From Octopus vulgaris (Eukaryota), in NCBI GenBank assembly GCA_951406725.2, contig OX597822.1, positions 46,500,001 through 46,564,000 of the forward strand: DNA of 64,000 nt, in the 5' to 3' direction. The stretch's first letter is position 1, and the number at the start of each line of letters is the position of its first letter. The translations under genes and the position numbers were made by a program. Positions 25,711 through 39,709 of this stretch are shown here, one piece after another. Below the pieces are notes generated by a model. The model saw only the letters and a program-made list of their open reading frames with translations. It searched no databases and was not told where the DNA came from.

Positions 25711-26199
25711 TGCCCCATCATCCATGCGGACACATTTCTCTCCTATAACATCGCTATTTTCTCTGACACACTGTCTGGCAATCCGAAATACTTCAGCTCT
25801 TTGATCCTCGCGACGCTGGACATTGGCAAACTTCTTCTTTTCTGCTACATCTTTGGCAATGTATACCTGCCGCCCAGCCTCCCTTTTGGCTATCTGGTAC
25901 AGTTCCCTGCTGCCCCCATCCTTCCAGGCTTTCCAGGCCCGTCTCTTTTCACAGATGGCTTTATCTACTGCACTATTCCACCACCACGTAATTCTAGGTC
26001 TGGAAGGGACTTTGCACCATCCACAAACTTGGTCTGTGGCACTCAACAAGCTGTCCCGTAGGAATTCCCAGCTACCTTCTATGTCTGACGTCTGAAGCTC
26101 CTCTTCCCTCTCATCAAATTTCTTGATGAGTATGTCCCTAAATTTCTGACCATGCGAAGGGTTCTTTAGCCTCCAAATCCTTCTTTTCTGGATTGGTTT
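23538..26199 (-). mobile_element. RTE-clade LINE copy 2 (different subfamily), 5'-truncated, open RT + PHD-type finger frame
   Basis: ORF 23785-26049 with the same RT motifs; (GAT)n tail at 23538-23560; three ~18-19 bp repeats ggggtactttggggatc at 23811-23872. Confidence 0.95.
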
Positions 26200-26222
26200 A
26201 TGTAAATATATTTATAGACATG

Positions 26223-26274
<52 letters not shown>

Positions 26275-27528
26275 TAGATATAGATATATATAGACACGTA
26301 TTCATGTGTGTGTGTGCGTGTGTGTATGCCATGGAATCTCCCTAAAACTAGACAGCAATTTGTAAGCATTGTCTTAGCCTAAACAGGTTACCTATAAAGA
26401 AAACCAAATGATACCAAAGTAAGCAATCCTCATAAACTTTGAATCCACAAGCATTTTCCACTTTACAAGGACAATGCAAAATAGCATGAGTAAGGTATAA
26501 GAAATTCCCTATACAGTGTAGCTCTTACTCTTTTACTCTTTTACTTGTTTCAGTCATTTGACTGTGGCCATGCTGGAGCACCGCCTTTAATCGAACAACT
26601 CGACCCCGGGACTTATTCTTTTATAAGCCCAGTACTTATTCTATCGGCCTCTTTTGCCGAACTGCTAAGTGACGGGGACATAAACACACCAGCATCGGTT
26701 GTCAAGCAATGCTAGGGGGACAAACACAGACACACAAACACACACATGCATATAAATACATATATACGATGGGCTTCTTTCAGTTTCCGTCTACCAAATC
26801 CACTCACAAGGCTTTGGTCAGCCCAAGGCTATAGTAGAAGACACTTGCCCAAGGTGCCACGCAGTGGGACTGAACCCGGAACCATGTGGTTGGTAAACAA
26901 GCTACTTACCACACAGCCACTATGTATTCCCATCATCAGCTAGCCAAACAGATATCACTGTAGTTTCAACACCCAGGCAATATCATTCAATTTGGCAGTG
27001 TCTACAGCATTAAAAATATAAATATTGCCTGGGAATCCATCAGCTTATATATATAAACATATATATATACATTTGTGTGTGCGTGTGTGTGCATATTTAT
27101 CTATATATGCAAATTAATTACTATATTTATATAGTAATTGATATACAGATAAATTATCGTTCATTTTGTAGTTGTGAGAAATTTGGGTGGGAATAGCAAA
27201 AGCGAGCCCTTTTCAGCTGATTTTCATGGCTTTAATGCATGGGGAATGCTGATGGTGGAGGTTCCATATCTTTTGGGATTCAACTGAACTTCACTTGTGC
27301 CAGTACTGTGATGAAATGCATCCAGTGCACCCTGTAAAGTAGTTAAGACAGAAAGGACAGCTAGGTCTTAGAAATCAAACACAAAATGAAACATATAAGT
27401 AATACATGGTTCCCTGACTCCCACTAGAAGAATATAGTATGCTTGAGTAAGAACTGATTTGAACTCTGATGACCTGTCCATCTCATGGATGGATAGCAGA
27501 TATAAAACGAAGATGATAGTGGTGGTGG

Positions 27529-27561
<33 letters not shown>

Positions 27562-29474
27562 CGACGACAATGATGACAATAGTAATGGTGATATGTATAT
27601 GAGTGAAAAATAATATTTCATCTGATAGCGCCAAAATTTGCAAAATCATTGGGTTAGGCACCAAGGACATTCTAAATAGTAATTTCAAAATGTTACAAAC
27701 TGGAATTATATAGGGTTGGCTCTTTTGAAACCACTCAAAGGTGAAAAATTTGATAAATTCAATACGATTTACTCAGCATCTTCAACAGCTTCCAAATTAA
27801 CACCTCAGGATATTGTATTTTCTATTAGATGTAACTTTAAATTTTGGGATGAATATCTTACCAATTGTATTGTAATCCTAATTAAAATTTCATGTACATG
27901 AATAAGAAATCTCTACTCTCTTACCACTTCAAAATCTAGTTGAAAACATATGCAAAAGAATCTCTCATTTATCATTGAGTAAATAAATATTTGAATATTA
28001 CAATAAAGTTGTAAAGAAAAGCTGATCCATTGATAAAACCTTCAGCCATTACAATAATGCTCTGAAGAATAACAGATTCCTTGATAAGCTTCACTTTAGT
28101 CCCAAGCTCTTTGAATGTTAAACTAGCAATTCCCAATCAACCACATGTATAGCTAATTACTTAATAGCAAAGATAAAAAGAATTATGCAATTACTTAGGA
28201 GTAATATGAAAAATATGTTACCAAATTAGCAAATTAATTATGTCAAGCCTCCTCAAACAAAACTACATTGAAGTCAGTCTACATATATTTATTTAATAAT
28301 ATTGACACTACTATAAAGCACTAAAGAAGATTGACTGGTAAAACTTTCAAAGGCTGCTGCAATAATCACACTTCATCTTTTTGAAGCAAAAGACAAAAAA
28401 GGGAAATGTTACAGTCTATTTAAACTAATGATAATTTTAGTATGTTTTTGGATATCCTGAGCTAACATAAACAACAACAATAATAATGGTTTCTGATTTA
28501 GGCGCAGAGCCAGCAGTTTTGAGGGGAGCTGTTTCACCAATTACGTCAGCCCTACTATTTGACAAATAATTTGTTTTATTGACTCTGAAAGTATAGCCTT
28601 GATTGGATTTGAACTCAGGATGTTAAGATCCAGAACAAATTCTGCTAAGCATTTTCCTGACTCTATCAATTCTACCAATCCCTACTTCTGGTCAAAACAT
28701 AAGGTGCTTGTCAAGTAGTTTATTACATTGTCTCAATGAGGGGAAAACTATTTTAATCTTCAAAGTACAACAAAGCCAAAGACAAAAAGTAGAGAAAAAA
28801 AACCCCAAACCATAACCTGTCTCCCAACACTCTACAAAGCCTTAACTGCAGTAATATTGTGGAGCGTAAACAAATACCTTGTAGGAATAATCTGCATTAT
28901 TTAAGGGTGAGTGGGAGCAGCAGGAAAGAAGATAGAGACAGTAGTGACAAAATACTGACATAAATTGCTTCAGATTTACTCTCTCTCTGCCTAATTAAGC
29001 ACCATATTGCATACTATAACATGCCGTGTTGCAGGGTTGAAGCAGTTTATATGAACTACTAGAAATAATAGCTGAAGCTCCCTTTTTCTTTTCTTACCCA
29101 GGTGGCTTAATTAATAGATGAAATGACTGGATAAAGTAGTATAACAGAAAAGATGATAAATCTGTGTAATTTGGGAAAAGAAAAGACGTTGTCATCATTA
29201 TCATCACCATCACAATCATCATCATCATCACCATCACAATCATCATCACCATTATCATCATAATCATCATCATCATTTAACATCCATTTTCCATGTTAGC
29301 ATTGTTTGAACAGTTTCAGAGGACTGTTCCTAGCTCTACAGGGTTGGCATGGTTTCTACACCCTAGGAAAGGATAACAGACAAAAAAATAAGATAAAATA
29401 AAGAATTCTATGAAATTATTAATTATTTTGTAGTCATGTTGTAAAAAGTAGGATTCTAAAATAACACCACTTAC

Positions 29475-29480
29475 GGTCAT
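29475..29480 (-). CDS. TUBA: Probable first coding micro-exon of the alpha-tubulin (ATG ACC, Met-Thr)
   Basis: ATGACC followed by a perfect GTAAGT donor (29474-29469), phase 0, in-frame TAA three codons upstream, in non-repetitive CpG-containing DNA; gives a 453-aa protein; not proven without RNA data. Confidence 0.55.
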
Positions 29481-29770
29481 CAAGAGTTAATAAATATCGA
29501 AACTGCTAATTAATTTATTTCGAAACTTCTCTTCGAAACTCAACGAAAAAATCAAACTTTTTATTTAAGTTTGTTCTGTCTGCGAAATCATTGTTATTCA
29601 TTTCAGAAATGGCTGGGTTGTCTGTCAGACTGACAGACTGTATGACATCACAAAGATGACAGCATTTTATGATGACAATGCTGTTTTGTTGTTTCCCTGC
29701 CAACACTTCCTCCATGAGGAAATCTCATCTGATGATGTCATTTGTCATTCTTATGACATCATCAGATAAC
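29480..29770 (-). promoter_or_regulatory. Candidate 5' UTR/promoter of the alpha-tubulin with three TGACATCA (CRE-like) motifs
   Basis: tgacatca or tgatgtca at 29643, 29733 and 29754; palindrome tctgtcag-a-ctgacaga at 29621-29637; unique sequence just upstream of the candidate ATG. Confidence 0.35.
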
Positions 29771-31704
29771 GTTTAGTGGGAAATGACATTATAAGCATTC
29801 AGAGTATCAAGCTCATCTTGCTTCACACATTTTGACTGTGGTCATGCTGGGGCACCACCTTGAAGGTATTAGTCAAACAAATTAACCCCAGGACATTTTT
29901 CTTTTTAAACCTGGTATTTATTCTATTAGTCTCTTTTTCTGAACTGCTAAGTAAACACACCAACAGTGATTTTCAAGTGGTGGGGTGGGGAGAAAACACA
30001 TACACAAAGATACACACATAGATATATATGTATATACTATGGGCCTCTTTCAGTTTCTGTCTACCAAACCCACTGACAAGGCTTTGGTCAGCTCGAAGCT
30101 ATAGTAGATCCCAGAATCATGTGATTGGGAAATAAGCTTCTTACCACACAACCACGCCTGCACCTATATTTTTTATTTTTTTTAATAAATATTTAAAATT
30201 TCTTTTTATTATTTTATATTTTATATTTAAATATTTTATATTTAAAATTTAAAATTTTAAAAATATTTTATATTTAAAATTTAAAATTTATTTTTTTATA
30301 GATATATTTTTAGGTGAGTGAAGAGTGTGACCTAGTGGATCGGGTTTTGCACTCATGATTGCTAGATGGTTGGTTCGATTCCCAGATTGGGTGGTGCATT
30401 GTGTTTTTGACCAAAACATTTCGTTTTACATTACTCTGTAGGCGGGAGATTAGCAGAATCAGTGCATTGGCAGAAATGATTTATGGTATATCTTCTGGCT
30501 CCCCATATTCTGAGTTCAAATCCCACCTGTCTGAAGAATGCAAAGGAAACCACTCCAATATTCATCCCAAGTCTAGTCATGGGAGCTGAAGTTCTAATAA
30601 TCAACTTAATGGCAGCAGGGTGCGGTGGGGATGGCATGGCCCCTACCTGGAGAAGATTCACATGAACAGGTTCTGCCCAAGGGCAGACCACTGCTAGATA
30701 GGTGCAGTTGTGGCTGCGTCGTCAGAAGTATGATTCTCAACCACATGGTTTTGTTTTCACTCCCATTGCATTCAACTTTGGGTAAGTATCTTCAGTTATA
30801 ATCCCCAAGCTGACCAAAACCTTGTGAGTGGACTTGGTAGATAGAAACTGAAAAAAGCCCATCGTATGTGTGTGAATAAAAATATACATACATACATCGT
30901 TTTATTTAACGTCTGCTTTCCATGCTAGCATGGGTTGGATGATTTGACTAAGGACTGGTGAACCAGATGGCTGCACCAGGCTCCAATCTGATCTGGCAGA
31001 GTTTCTACAGCTGGATGCCATTCCTAACGCCAACCACTCCAAGAGTGTAGTGGGTGCTTTTACATGCTACCAGCATGAGGGCCAGTCAGGTGGTACTGGC
31101 AATGGCCACGCTCAAATGGTGTTTATTACATACCACCTGCACAGGAGCCAGTCCAGCAGCACTGGCAACGACCTCGCTCGAATGTACATACACATTATTA
31201 TCATTATTATTGTCATTGCAAGACAGTGAGCTGGCAGAATCGTTAGCACACTGGACGAAATGCTTAGCGGTATTTCGCCCGTCGTTATGTTCTGAGTTCA
31301 AATTCCACCAACTTTGCCTTTCATCCTTTTGGGGTTGATAAATTAAGTACCAGTGAAACACTGAGTCAGCTTTGTCTGTCTTTCTTTTGGGGTAGATAAA
31401 TTAAGTACCAGTTGAACACTGGCGTTGATGTAATCAACTACCCCCTTCCCCAAATTTTAAACCTTATGCCTATAGTAGAAAGGGTTATTATTATTATTAT
31501 TTAAAACTGTGATTTGGTCCCACACAGCTTTAAACATTTGTTTATGTTATAGCAGAGAAGCTGATCTCAGTCTGTCTGTCTGTCTGTCACAACATCTTTT
31601 GTGAGGGGAGGAACCAAATGGGGAGTTAAGAGGAGGAGTGGGAGCAGAAAAGTTGTTGAAAGAGAAATTCAGTGAGAGAGAAAGAGAGAGAGTGAAAGAT
31701 AGAA

Positions 31705-31737
<33 letters not shown>

Positions 31738-32269
31738 TAGATAGATAGGTAGACAGACAGACAGACAGAAAGACAGAACCCAATATTTTCATGCTATTAT
31801 TTATAGTTTTGTGTTTCAAGATCCACTATTGCAATTTATATGTGTGTGAGTGTTTGTATGTGTGTGTGTGTGTTTGTGTCCCCTTGTCTTGACATCACAT
31901 GAAAATTGTAACTAAGTTTCACTGTCATACAAGCAACATCATTCATTTCTAACATCCTGCAAAAACACATCTGTTCATTTCTAGTCTTCCATGAAACACA
32001 TGTTTGACCATGGGTAAGTATTACCTAGTTTGGAAACAGATGAAGGTTGGTGACAGGAAGGGCATCTAGTCATAGAAAATCTTTCTTGATAAAATTTATC
32101 CAACCTGTGCAAGCTTAGAAAAGTGGATGTTAAAATGATGATGATGATTTAGAATTTATTCTCTAACTCTTCAACAGATTCCACAACATGAGTTCAGTTG
32201 ATCATCAGTTCTGGTAAAAAAAAAAAAGAAATTATACCTCAAATTGCATTGATATTAATCATAGGTCAT

Positions 32270-33070
32270 GACCTGAACAATAAGGTATCTTATGGACTCA
32301 CCTGAATCATAGGTCTGTTATGTAAGGACTGCCTGGCCCCGTGCCGGTGACACGTAAAAGCACCATCCGTTCATGGCCGTTTGCCAGCTCTGTCTGGCAC
32401 CTGTGCGGGTGGCACGTAAAAAGCACCCACTACACTCACGGAGTGGTTGGCGTTAGGAAGGGCATCCAGCCGTAGAAACACTGCCAGATCTGACTGGGCC
32501 TGATGAAGCCTTCCAGCTTCACAGACCCCAGTTGAACCGTCCAACCCATGCTAGCATGGAGAACGGATGCTAAATGATGATGATGATGATGATGATTACC
32601 TGAATCAGATGTTGGTTTAGTAAGGATTCACCCGAATCATAGGTTTATTAAGGACTCACCTGAATCATAAAACTTATGTAAGGACTCACTTGAATCATAA
32701 GTCTCATGCAAGGACTCAACTGAATATATCTGTTAAGTAATGACTCACACGAATCATAGGTCTCTTGTTACATCAGGACTCACCTGAATCATAAATCTTA
32801 AGTAATGACTCTCTTGAATCATAGGTCTATAACATCAAGACTCACCTGAGTCATAAATCTTAAGCAAGGATACAACTGAATAATAGATCTATTAAGTAAG
32901 GACTCACCTGAATCATAAGTTTATTAAGTAAGGTCTCATCTGAAACATAAGTCTTAAGCAAGGATTCAACTGAATCATATATCAGTTAAGTAAGAACTCA
33001 CTTGAATCATAAGTCTTAAGCAAGGACTCACATGAATCACAAAGCAGTTCTGTAAGGGTTCACCCAAATC
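32270..33070. repeat. ~30-bp minisatellite (aaggactcacctgaatcata + variable ~10 nt) interrupted by an RTE 3' tail (32333-32596, +)
   Basis: More than 15 degenerate units visible by eye on both sides of the RTE-tail insertion. Confidence 0.85.
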
Positions 33071-34609
33071 TAAACAACAACAATTCTTCATTCCCAGTAA
33101 CAACAAAATCCAAAATAATTTTTTTTTTGCAGGTTAAAATTTTATTTCACAATAATATTTCTTTCACTTCTATTATTTTGTGTTATTTTTTAAAATCATT
33201 TTTCATTTTATTTTTATATAGATAATAATTAGTTTTTGATTTTGAAATTTTTTAAAGTACATTTTGTTTATATTTTATTTACTAATTAGATCATTTATTT
33301 TATTACTAATTAGATAATTTGTTTCAACACAACAAAAAAGTGTATAAAAACAATATTCATATTGAACAAATGTAAACACAATGATTTTTATTAAAAAATA
33401 TATTTTTTGACTTTAGTTCATATAAAAATGTCATTCTCATTGTTAAAAGAAATCAATATTATTATTATCATTATCAACATAAATATTATCATATTACAAC
33501 AATTCAAATATATATTGGAATATTATATGGGCACAATGCCTGAGCTTGTCTTTTGTTTTAGAGAATAGTAGGTGAAAAGAAAAATGGAAAACTGAGACAG
33601 TCATACTTTGTCAATGACATTGGAAATGTACAGAAAGTGAATGTGTTCCAAGTGAGAATTGAAACCCAAATGTTTGATGTTGGCAGATGAAGAGCTTTCT
33701 TAATCACCCACTTACTGGATACAGTGTACAATAAAGATACCCTTTAACATAGCACTGAGCCAGGAGTTTGTAAGAAAGGCTAGATACAGTCGATTGAGCA
33801 AAACCCAGTATATTACAGGTATTTGGCTGAGTTACCATAGAAGCAAGGAAGAGTGAAGTTGACCAGAAGAACAAAATTCAATACTCTAAGTGTAATTTGA
33901 AGAAGCTACCAATTCTACCAATCTGCTGACCTAATAAGGGAACCTCTAAGTGGTCAGGTAATGTGCTAGAGATAAAAAAAACAAATCTCACTCAAATTAT
34001 ACTATATTATATTAAAAAAAAAAGGAAGCAGCACATAGAATATGTAACCAAAAACATACAAAAATGGACAAGGCTGGAAGCTTTTGATCAGGTGGGGGCT
34101 AAACAACAATCCACAAGAAATAGGGGATAAATCTCCTTCAATTCCTTAGCATATAAAAAAAAAATGAAGGTCAAAATGGATAACGTAGTCTGAAACACGA
34201 TAAATGGAAAAATAAAAATAAAAACCTGAGACAGAATCATCCTAGAGACACGATTTCTGAATAAAAGTCAGAATGGTCCGAGATTTATTGTTTTTAATAA
34301 CAAGACAGGATGGTCGTGTCAGAAACACTTTTCGTCATAAGTTTGATAAGAGCTTAAATGGGGATAATTAGAAACTAAAGCATTATAATTTTTCACAGTG
34401 ATGACACCAGGTTAGAGAAGAGTACATTTATTGAATATACATTATATAAGTATATATATTTAATATTCAATGTATATTGTATATATATGCCTATGTATGT
34501 GTGTGTGTATGTATATATGCACACACATATATATACACATATATACATACATACACACATACATATATACATACACACACACATATACATACATATATAT
34601 ATATATACA

Positions 34610-35001
34610 CTAGCAGTATCGCCCGGCGTTGCTCAGGTTTGTAAGGAAATAACTATAAAGCATTTTTAGATATATACATACACACACACACATATACATA
34701 CATAGATATATTTATATATATACAATACACATTGAAAATTAAATAAATATACATTGCATCACCCTGTATACGATCTTGGTATATGTTTCTGATTCTCGAC
34801 CCCATGTCGAATTTATCGATTTTTTTCAGAACTGGGGGAACTTTTCAAAATTTTCGCTGCGTTAGTTTTGAATTATGACATTGGGCTATGTGTGTGTCAA
34901 GTTTCATCAGAATCGGTTGAAAGCCGTGGTCAGGGTGAGGGTACGAGAAAACAGACACACAGAAACACGCACAGACAAACTGCCGTTTATATAGAGAGAG
35001 A
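34610..35001 (-). mobile_element. Non-autonomous Helitron
   Basis: Minus strand starts TC(TC)..TATATAAACGGC, ends with hairpin CCTGAGCAACGCCGGG then CTAG; inserted between A and T without TSD. Confidence 0.75.
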
Positions 35002-35577
35002 TAAACACACACACATATATATACACACATATATACATGCACATACACACACACACACATATATATATACATACACACACACACATATACATACATAGAT
35101 ATATTTATATATATACAATACACATTGAAAATTAAATAAATATACATTGCATCACCCTGTATACGATCTTGGTATATGTTACTGAGACAGTTATATGATT
35201 GCTGCATTCACAAAGACTGGGTCTTTGGATTCCCTTATTATTGCTCTATTCCTGATAATAATATCTGTTAATCCTCCCCTGTCCCTGTTGCTTCATCCTT
35301 GGCCAAAACTCCCTCATCTGCATTTAGGAATCTTATAGGGTTAATGGATGCTATCATTTTTTTTTCACCCTTTCTCCCCATGTTTCAGATACAAGAAAAA
35401 AGTATCAACCCATGGTTTCATGACATTCAGGTCCTTAACAGTGAACACACAATACCAACACAACTGAAAAAATTATTAGGGATGTCAGTGAACTGTGGAT
35501 CTCAAACATAGCTTCCTGCCAACCAATACTGTGACCTGGTTTCAATTCACTGTAGCTTGCTGCATTAACATTCACAA

Positions 35578-35785
35578 TTAACCCTTTCATTACTGTGTGT
35601 TTCTTTCAATTACTTTAAATATAACAAAGAATTTAGTAAAATAACTTAATTATCATTAAGCTAGTGTTAGGAACATAAATTGTGATTAAGGTTTGGTGGA
35701 AGATTTTAATTCAGAACTTATGAAAACAAGACATTTGTACTCAGAGCCAGAGGTGGTTTCAGCCAGGTTGGTAACAAAAGGTTAA
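35578..35785. mobile_element. piggyBac-like MITE
   Basis: ttaaccctttcattac ... ggtaacaaaaggttaa termini; reverse copy of 12958-13188. Confidence 0.6.
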
Positions 35786-36530
35786 TATATTTAATTATTT
35801 ATTTTAAAAGAAAAGTTTCATATAACCACCCCAAAAAACACACACACACACACAAAAAAGAATGACATTAAGTTACAAAGTTTCTAGGAGAGAAGTGGGG
35901 GTTATTAATAGAGTTAGTATTGTATCACAAAAGGACAGGGGTAATAATGAAAATAACAATAATAATAAAGTAATTAAATAAACCATTTGATTTAACACAG
36001 CAATCTCAGTGGTCCATAAACCATTTGATATCCAGGGTTTTTCAAAATAAAATTTTCATACACAGAACGTTCTTGAAAAGTTTTGAGAAAACCATTATAA
36101 CATCAAGATGTGGAATATAGTGAAAAACAAAGCAACTATAAAATCATAAAACGTGTGTGTGTGTATATGCACACACATATATAGAAAAAAATTAATGACA
36201 ATTGACCTTTTAGCATTCAGATTACTCTGTCAAATGTAATGCTTATTTGTTCTTCATTGTTTTAAATTAATCATGCTTTATCATGCATTATCCTGATTAT
36301 TCTTAGAATGACATTGTAGGGTAGGTCTGAGAGGTCAGATCTGGCCAGTTTAAACATGAAACAGGTAGAATATTTTGGCTTAATGTGGCTGGTTTAAGTG
36401 CTAATGGGTTAATGGTATGGCCTTGTTTATACCAAAGACCATGAAAAACAAGCGTCAATACAGACTTATGTTGGAAAAAATACAAACCATTCACATTGAA
36501 CAATCAGTTTAGTAGATGTGTGCTACAGAA

Positions 36531-37003
36531 CAACGGTCCTTGACCCTCTTTTATTTATGGGCCCCTTTGGTTCCTATTTTATTCTACTGGACCCCTGTAG
36601 CTATTTGAAGTTTAAAAAAATTCTTTATATTTTTGACTAAATATAATTAGGAATTGTATTTTTGGCTAAATATAATTAGGTTTATTTATTATGGTAGTTT
36701 TGACTTTTAGAGTCCCTCCTAGCATGAGGCATTTATGTATAGTAATGCCCTTAATATAAGTAAATATATTTAAGAGGAATAATTGATGGCTTTTTCCCTT
36801 ATGAGGTTTTTCATGCTAACTACTTGATAAATTCTTATAAAGATTTTATCCTATTTTTCAATTATAATTAGGAATTGTGTAAAAATATTGTTAAAGGATT
36901 TTGTGTATTGTAGAAGTATTTCCAATTTATTGCACTTAGATTTTAACAACAAAATCTTACATAGACCCTTAAGGGTCATATGGACCCAGGTTGAGGACCA
37001 CTG
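36531..37003. mobile_element. hAT-like MITE, degenerate
   Basis: Termini caacggtccttgacc / ggttgaggaccactg with imperfect 8-bp flanks ctacagaa / ctgtagaa. Confidence 0.45.
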
Positions 37004-39129
37004 CTGTAGAATAAAAGATGTTTTTTTTTTGTCTGTTGAAATTTGTAGTGTTAAATCTGCTTTATTTGCACACAGAACAAAATGATTTCAGTGAAAAAAA
37101 AAAAAAAAAAGAAAATGGAGATGATCACAGAAATTTGAACCCAGGAACCTTGGGCAATGAACACATTGTTTCGGTATTTCGAATTATGCAAATACCGGTG
37201 TAATGTCAGATGCTGCACTAGTAATATGCTTCAAGTGAAACAAATGTTATGCACATAAATTATGTTGCATAAATGCATGTAGTTTTTAAAGTGCAACAGA
37301 AAATAAAAAATAAAAAACTTGAGTGAAATGAAAAATATATAAAGAAAATATATAAAAATTGCAAAAAAATTCTTCCCCCACCCCACCAAACAAAAATAAA
37401 TAAATTTTACCCATGTTTTCCTTTGCATTATCATCATTGTTATTCTGCTGCCTCCCACTATCAGACATCCCCTACTCCTCTACTCATTTCTACCCTCCTC
37501 CTATTTTGAAGGTATCTCCTAATACCTCATTACCACTATTATTACTTACTCTCCTGCTCAACCCAAACACTTCTCATTCTCTCTTCTAAAATATGAACAG
37601 TCTTTGTAGACCCAGTACAGCAAGAAACTTATTCTGATCTACTCCCACTTTTCCTCTCTCTCCATTCCACATCTTCTGACATAAAGTTGCCCTTCTTGGG
37701 GTTCATAGTCTTGCAAACTGCATCACAACTAAGAATAATCAATAATAAGTAAATTGATCCCTCTGATGTATGTAAGACTTTAGTAATAGATGGATTTAAA
37801 AGCTGTGTCTCAGTGAATCCCTAAAAAGAGAACTCAGTCGAAGAAGAAATTCCAACACAGGAGTGAAATATCTTTTTCTATTTTATTTGTGTCAGTGCTA
37901 CATTTTTTGTTCAACCTAATACTGCATCATCATCATCATCCTCATCATCATCAACAACAACATCATCGTTTAATGTTTGCTTTCCATGCTGGCATGGGTT
38001 GGACGGTTTGACTGAGGACTGGCAAGTCAGGAGGCTGCTGCAGGCTCCAATCTGATCTGGCACGGTTTCTTCAGCTGGATGCCCTTTTTAATGCCAACCA
38101 CTCTGAGAGTAGGGTAGGAGCTTTTTATGTGCCACCGGCACGGGGGCCAGTTAGGAAGCACTGGCATCAACTACACTTGAATGGTGCTTTTTACGTGCCA
38201 CCGGCACTGGCATCGGCTACACTTGAATGGTGCTCTTTACATGCCACCAGCATGGGTGCCAACCAACACTGGTTCTCAAGTGGTTATGACACACACACAC
38301 AAAGCCATGGATTTGATTCACTAAGAAATTTCCCACCATAACAAACTATATAATTAATTCTATGATTTTAAGCCCCCTACTCAGTCGAGATGGTGGGTCA
38401 TGATTTAAATGCATCGAATATTTTTTTCCTTGAATACAGAAGAAAAAATGTGTAACAATCATAAATCTATTCATTCATCCATCTTATCCATCCACTAATC
38501 TCATGAGAGCAGAATCCTCAGGTACCTCCTTCACAGGGTCCTATCAAAAGCAACCATCATTAAATTTTCCTACTCAATCTTTAATGGTTGCCCCTTCATT
38601 GGACCAACTTTGGGGTCCTGGGACATGCATCCTTTATTTTCCCGTTCCTACACCTCCCAGAACAAGTTACAGGATTATTGCTGGTTGTACTGGCATTGGG
38701 TGGAGACTACAATATATTTTTCAAACGGACTCCTCTACCTAAGATCTGAACAGGTCCCTTGTTCACACATGCAACAGGCAATGCAGTATGGTTCTTTATC
38801 TGGAACCCTTTCATATTGCAGGCACCAAGTTAGTATTTGTATTTGATTCATAAAAATAATGACAAAATAAATAAATTACAAAATATGAAAACATAAAAGA
38901 TACCAGAAAAAAAAAAATAATAATCTCAAGAGATTTTAACAAAAATTATCAAGAAATGTGATGTAATATTGTTGAAAATTTTTTTTGAATAAAAGACTAT
39001 GGTTTTATGGTTATTATTAGTTTATCACAGAAAAACTATAAGGATTTTAAACAGTAAACATCTCTAACTGGGACTAAAATATACTAAAATAAAAAAAAAA
39101 TAGCTGTGGACTTTCACCAAAGCAATCAT

Positions 39130-39182
<53 letters not shown>

Positions 39183-39199
39183 ATAATAATAATAATAAT

Positions 39200-39663
39200 A
39201 ATAATCTGAAATCTGGAGGAGGGGAACAGTTGATTACATTGACTCCCGTACTTGACTGGTATTTATTTTATTGACCCTGAAAGGATGAAAAACGAAGTCG
39301 ACCTCAGCAGAATTTGAACTCAGAATGTGAAGATGGACGAAATGCCGCTAAGCATTTTGCACAGTGTGCTGACAATTCTGCTAGTTCACTGCCTTAATAA
39401 TAATAATAATGATGATCCTTTCCACTATAGGCACAGGGCCTGAAAATTTAGGGGAGGAGACTGGTTGATTACATTGACCCCGGTATTCAACTGGTGCTTA
39501 GTTTATCGACCCTGAAAGGATGAAAGGCAAAATCAACCTTGGTGGAATTTGAACTCAAAACATCTTTAAGACAAATGAAATGTCGTTAAGCATTTTGCCC
39601 GACAAGCTAACGATTCTGCTAGCTTGCCACCTTAATAATAATAACAATAATAATAATAAGACC

Positions 39664-39709
<46 letters not shown>

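Noticed and set aside
32270-33070. CRISPR-like repeat/spacer appearance
   Set aside because: Eukaryotic context, spacers ~10 nt and related to each other, degenerate repeats, no cas genes; it is a minisatellite
33831-33840. Alternative ATG|GTAACT first exon for the tubulin
   Set aside because: Weaker donor inside decayed SINE-like sequence; 29475-29480 fits better
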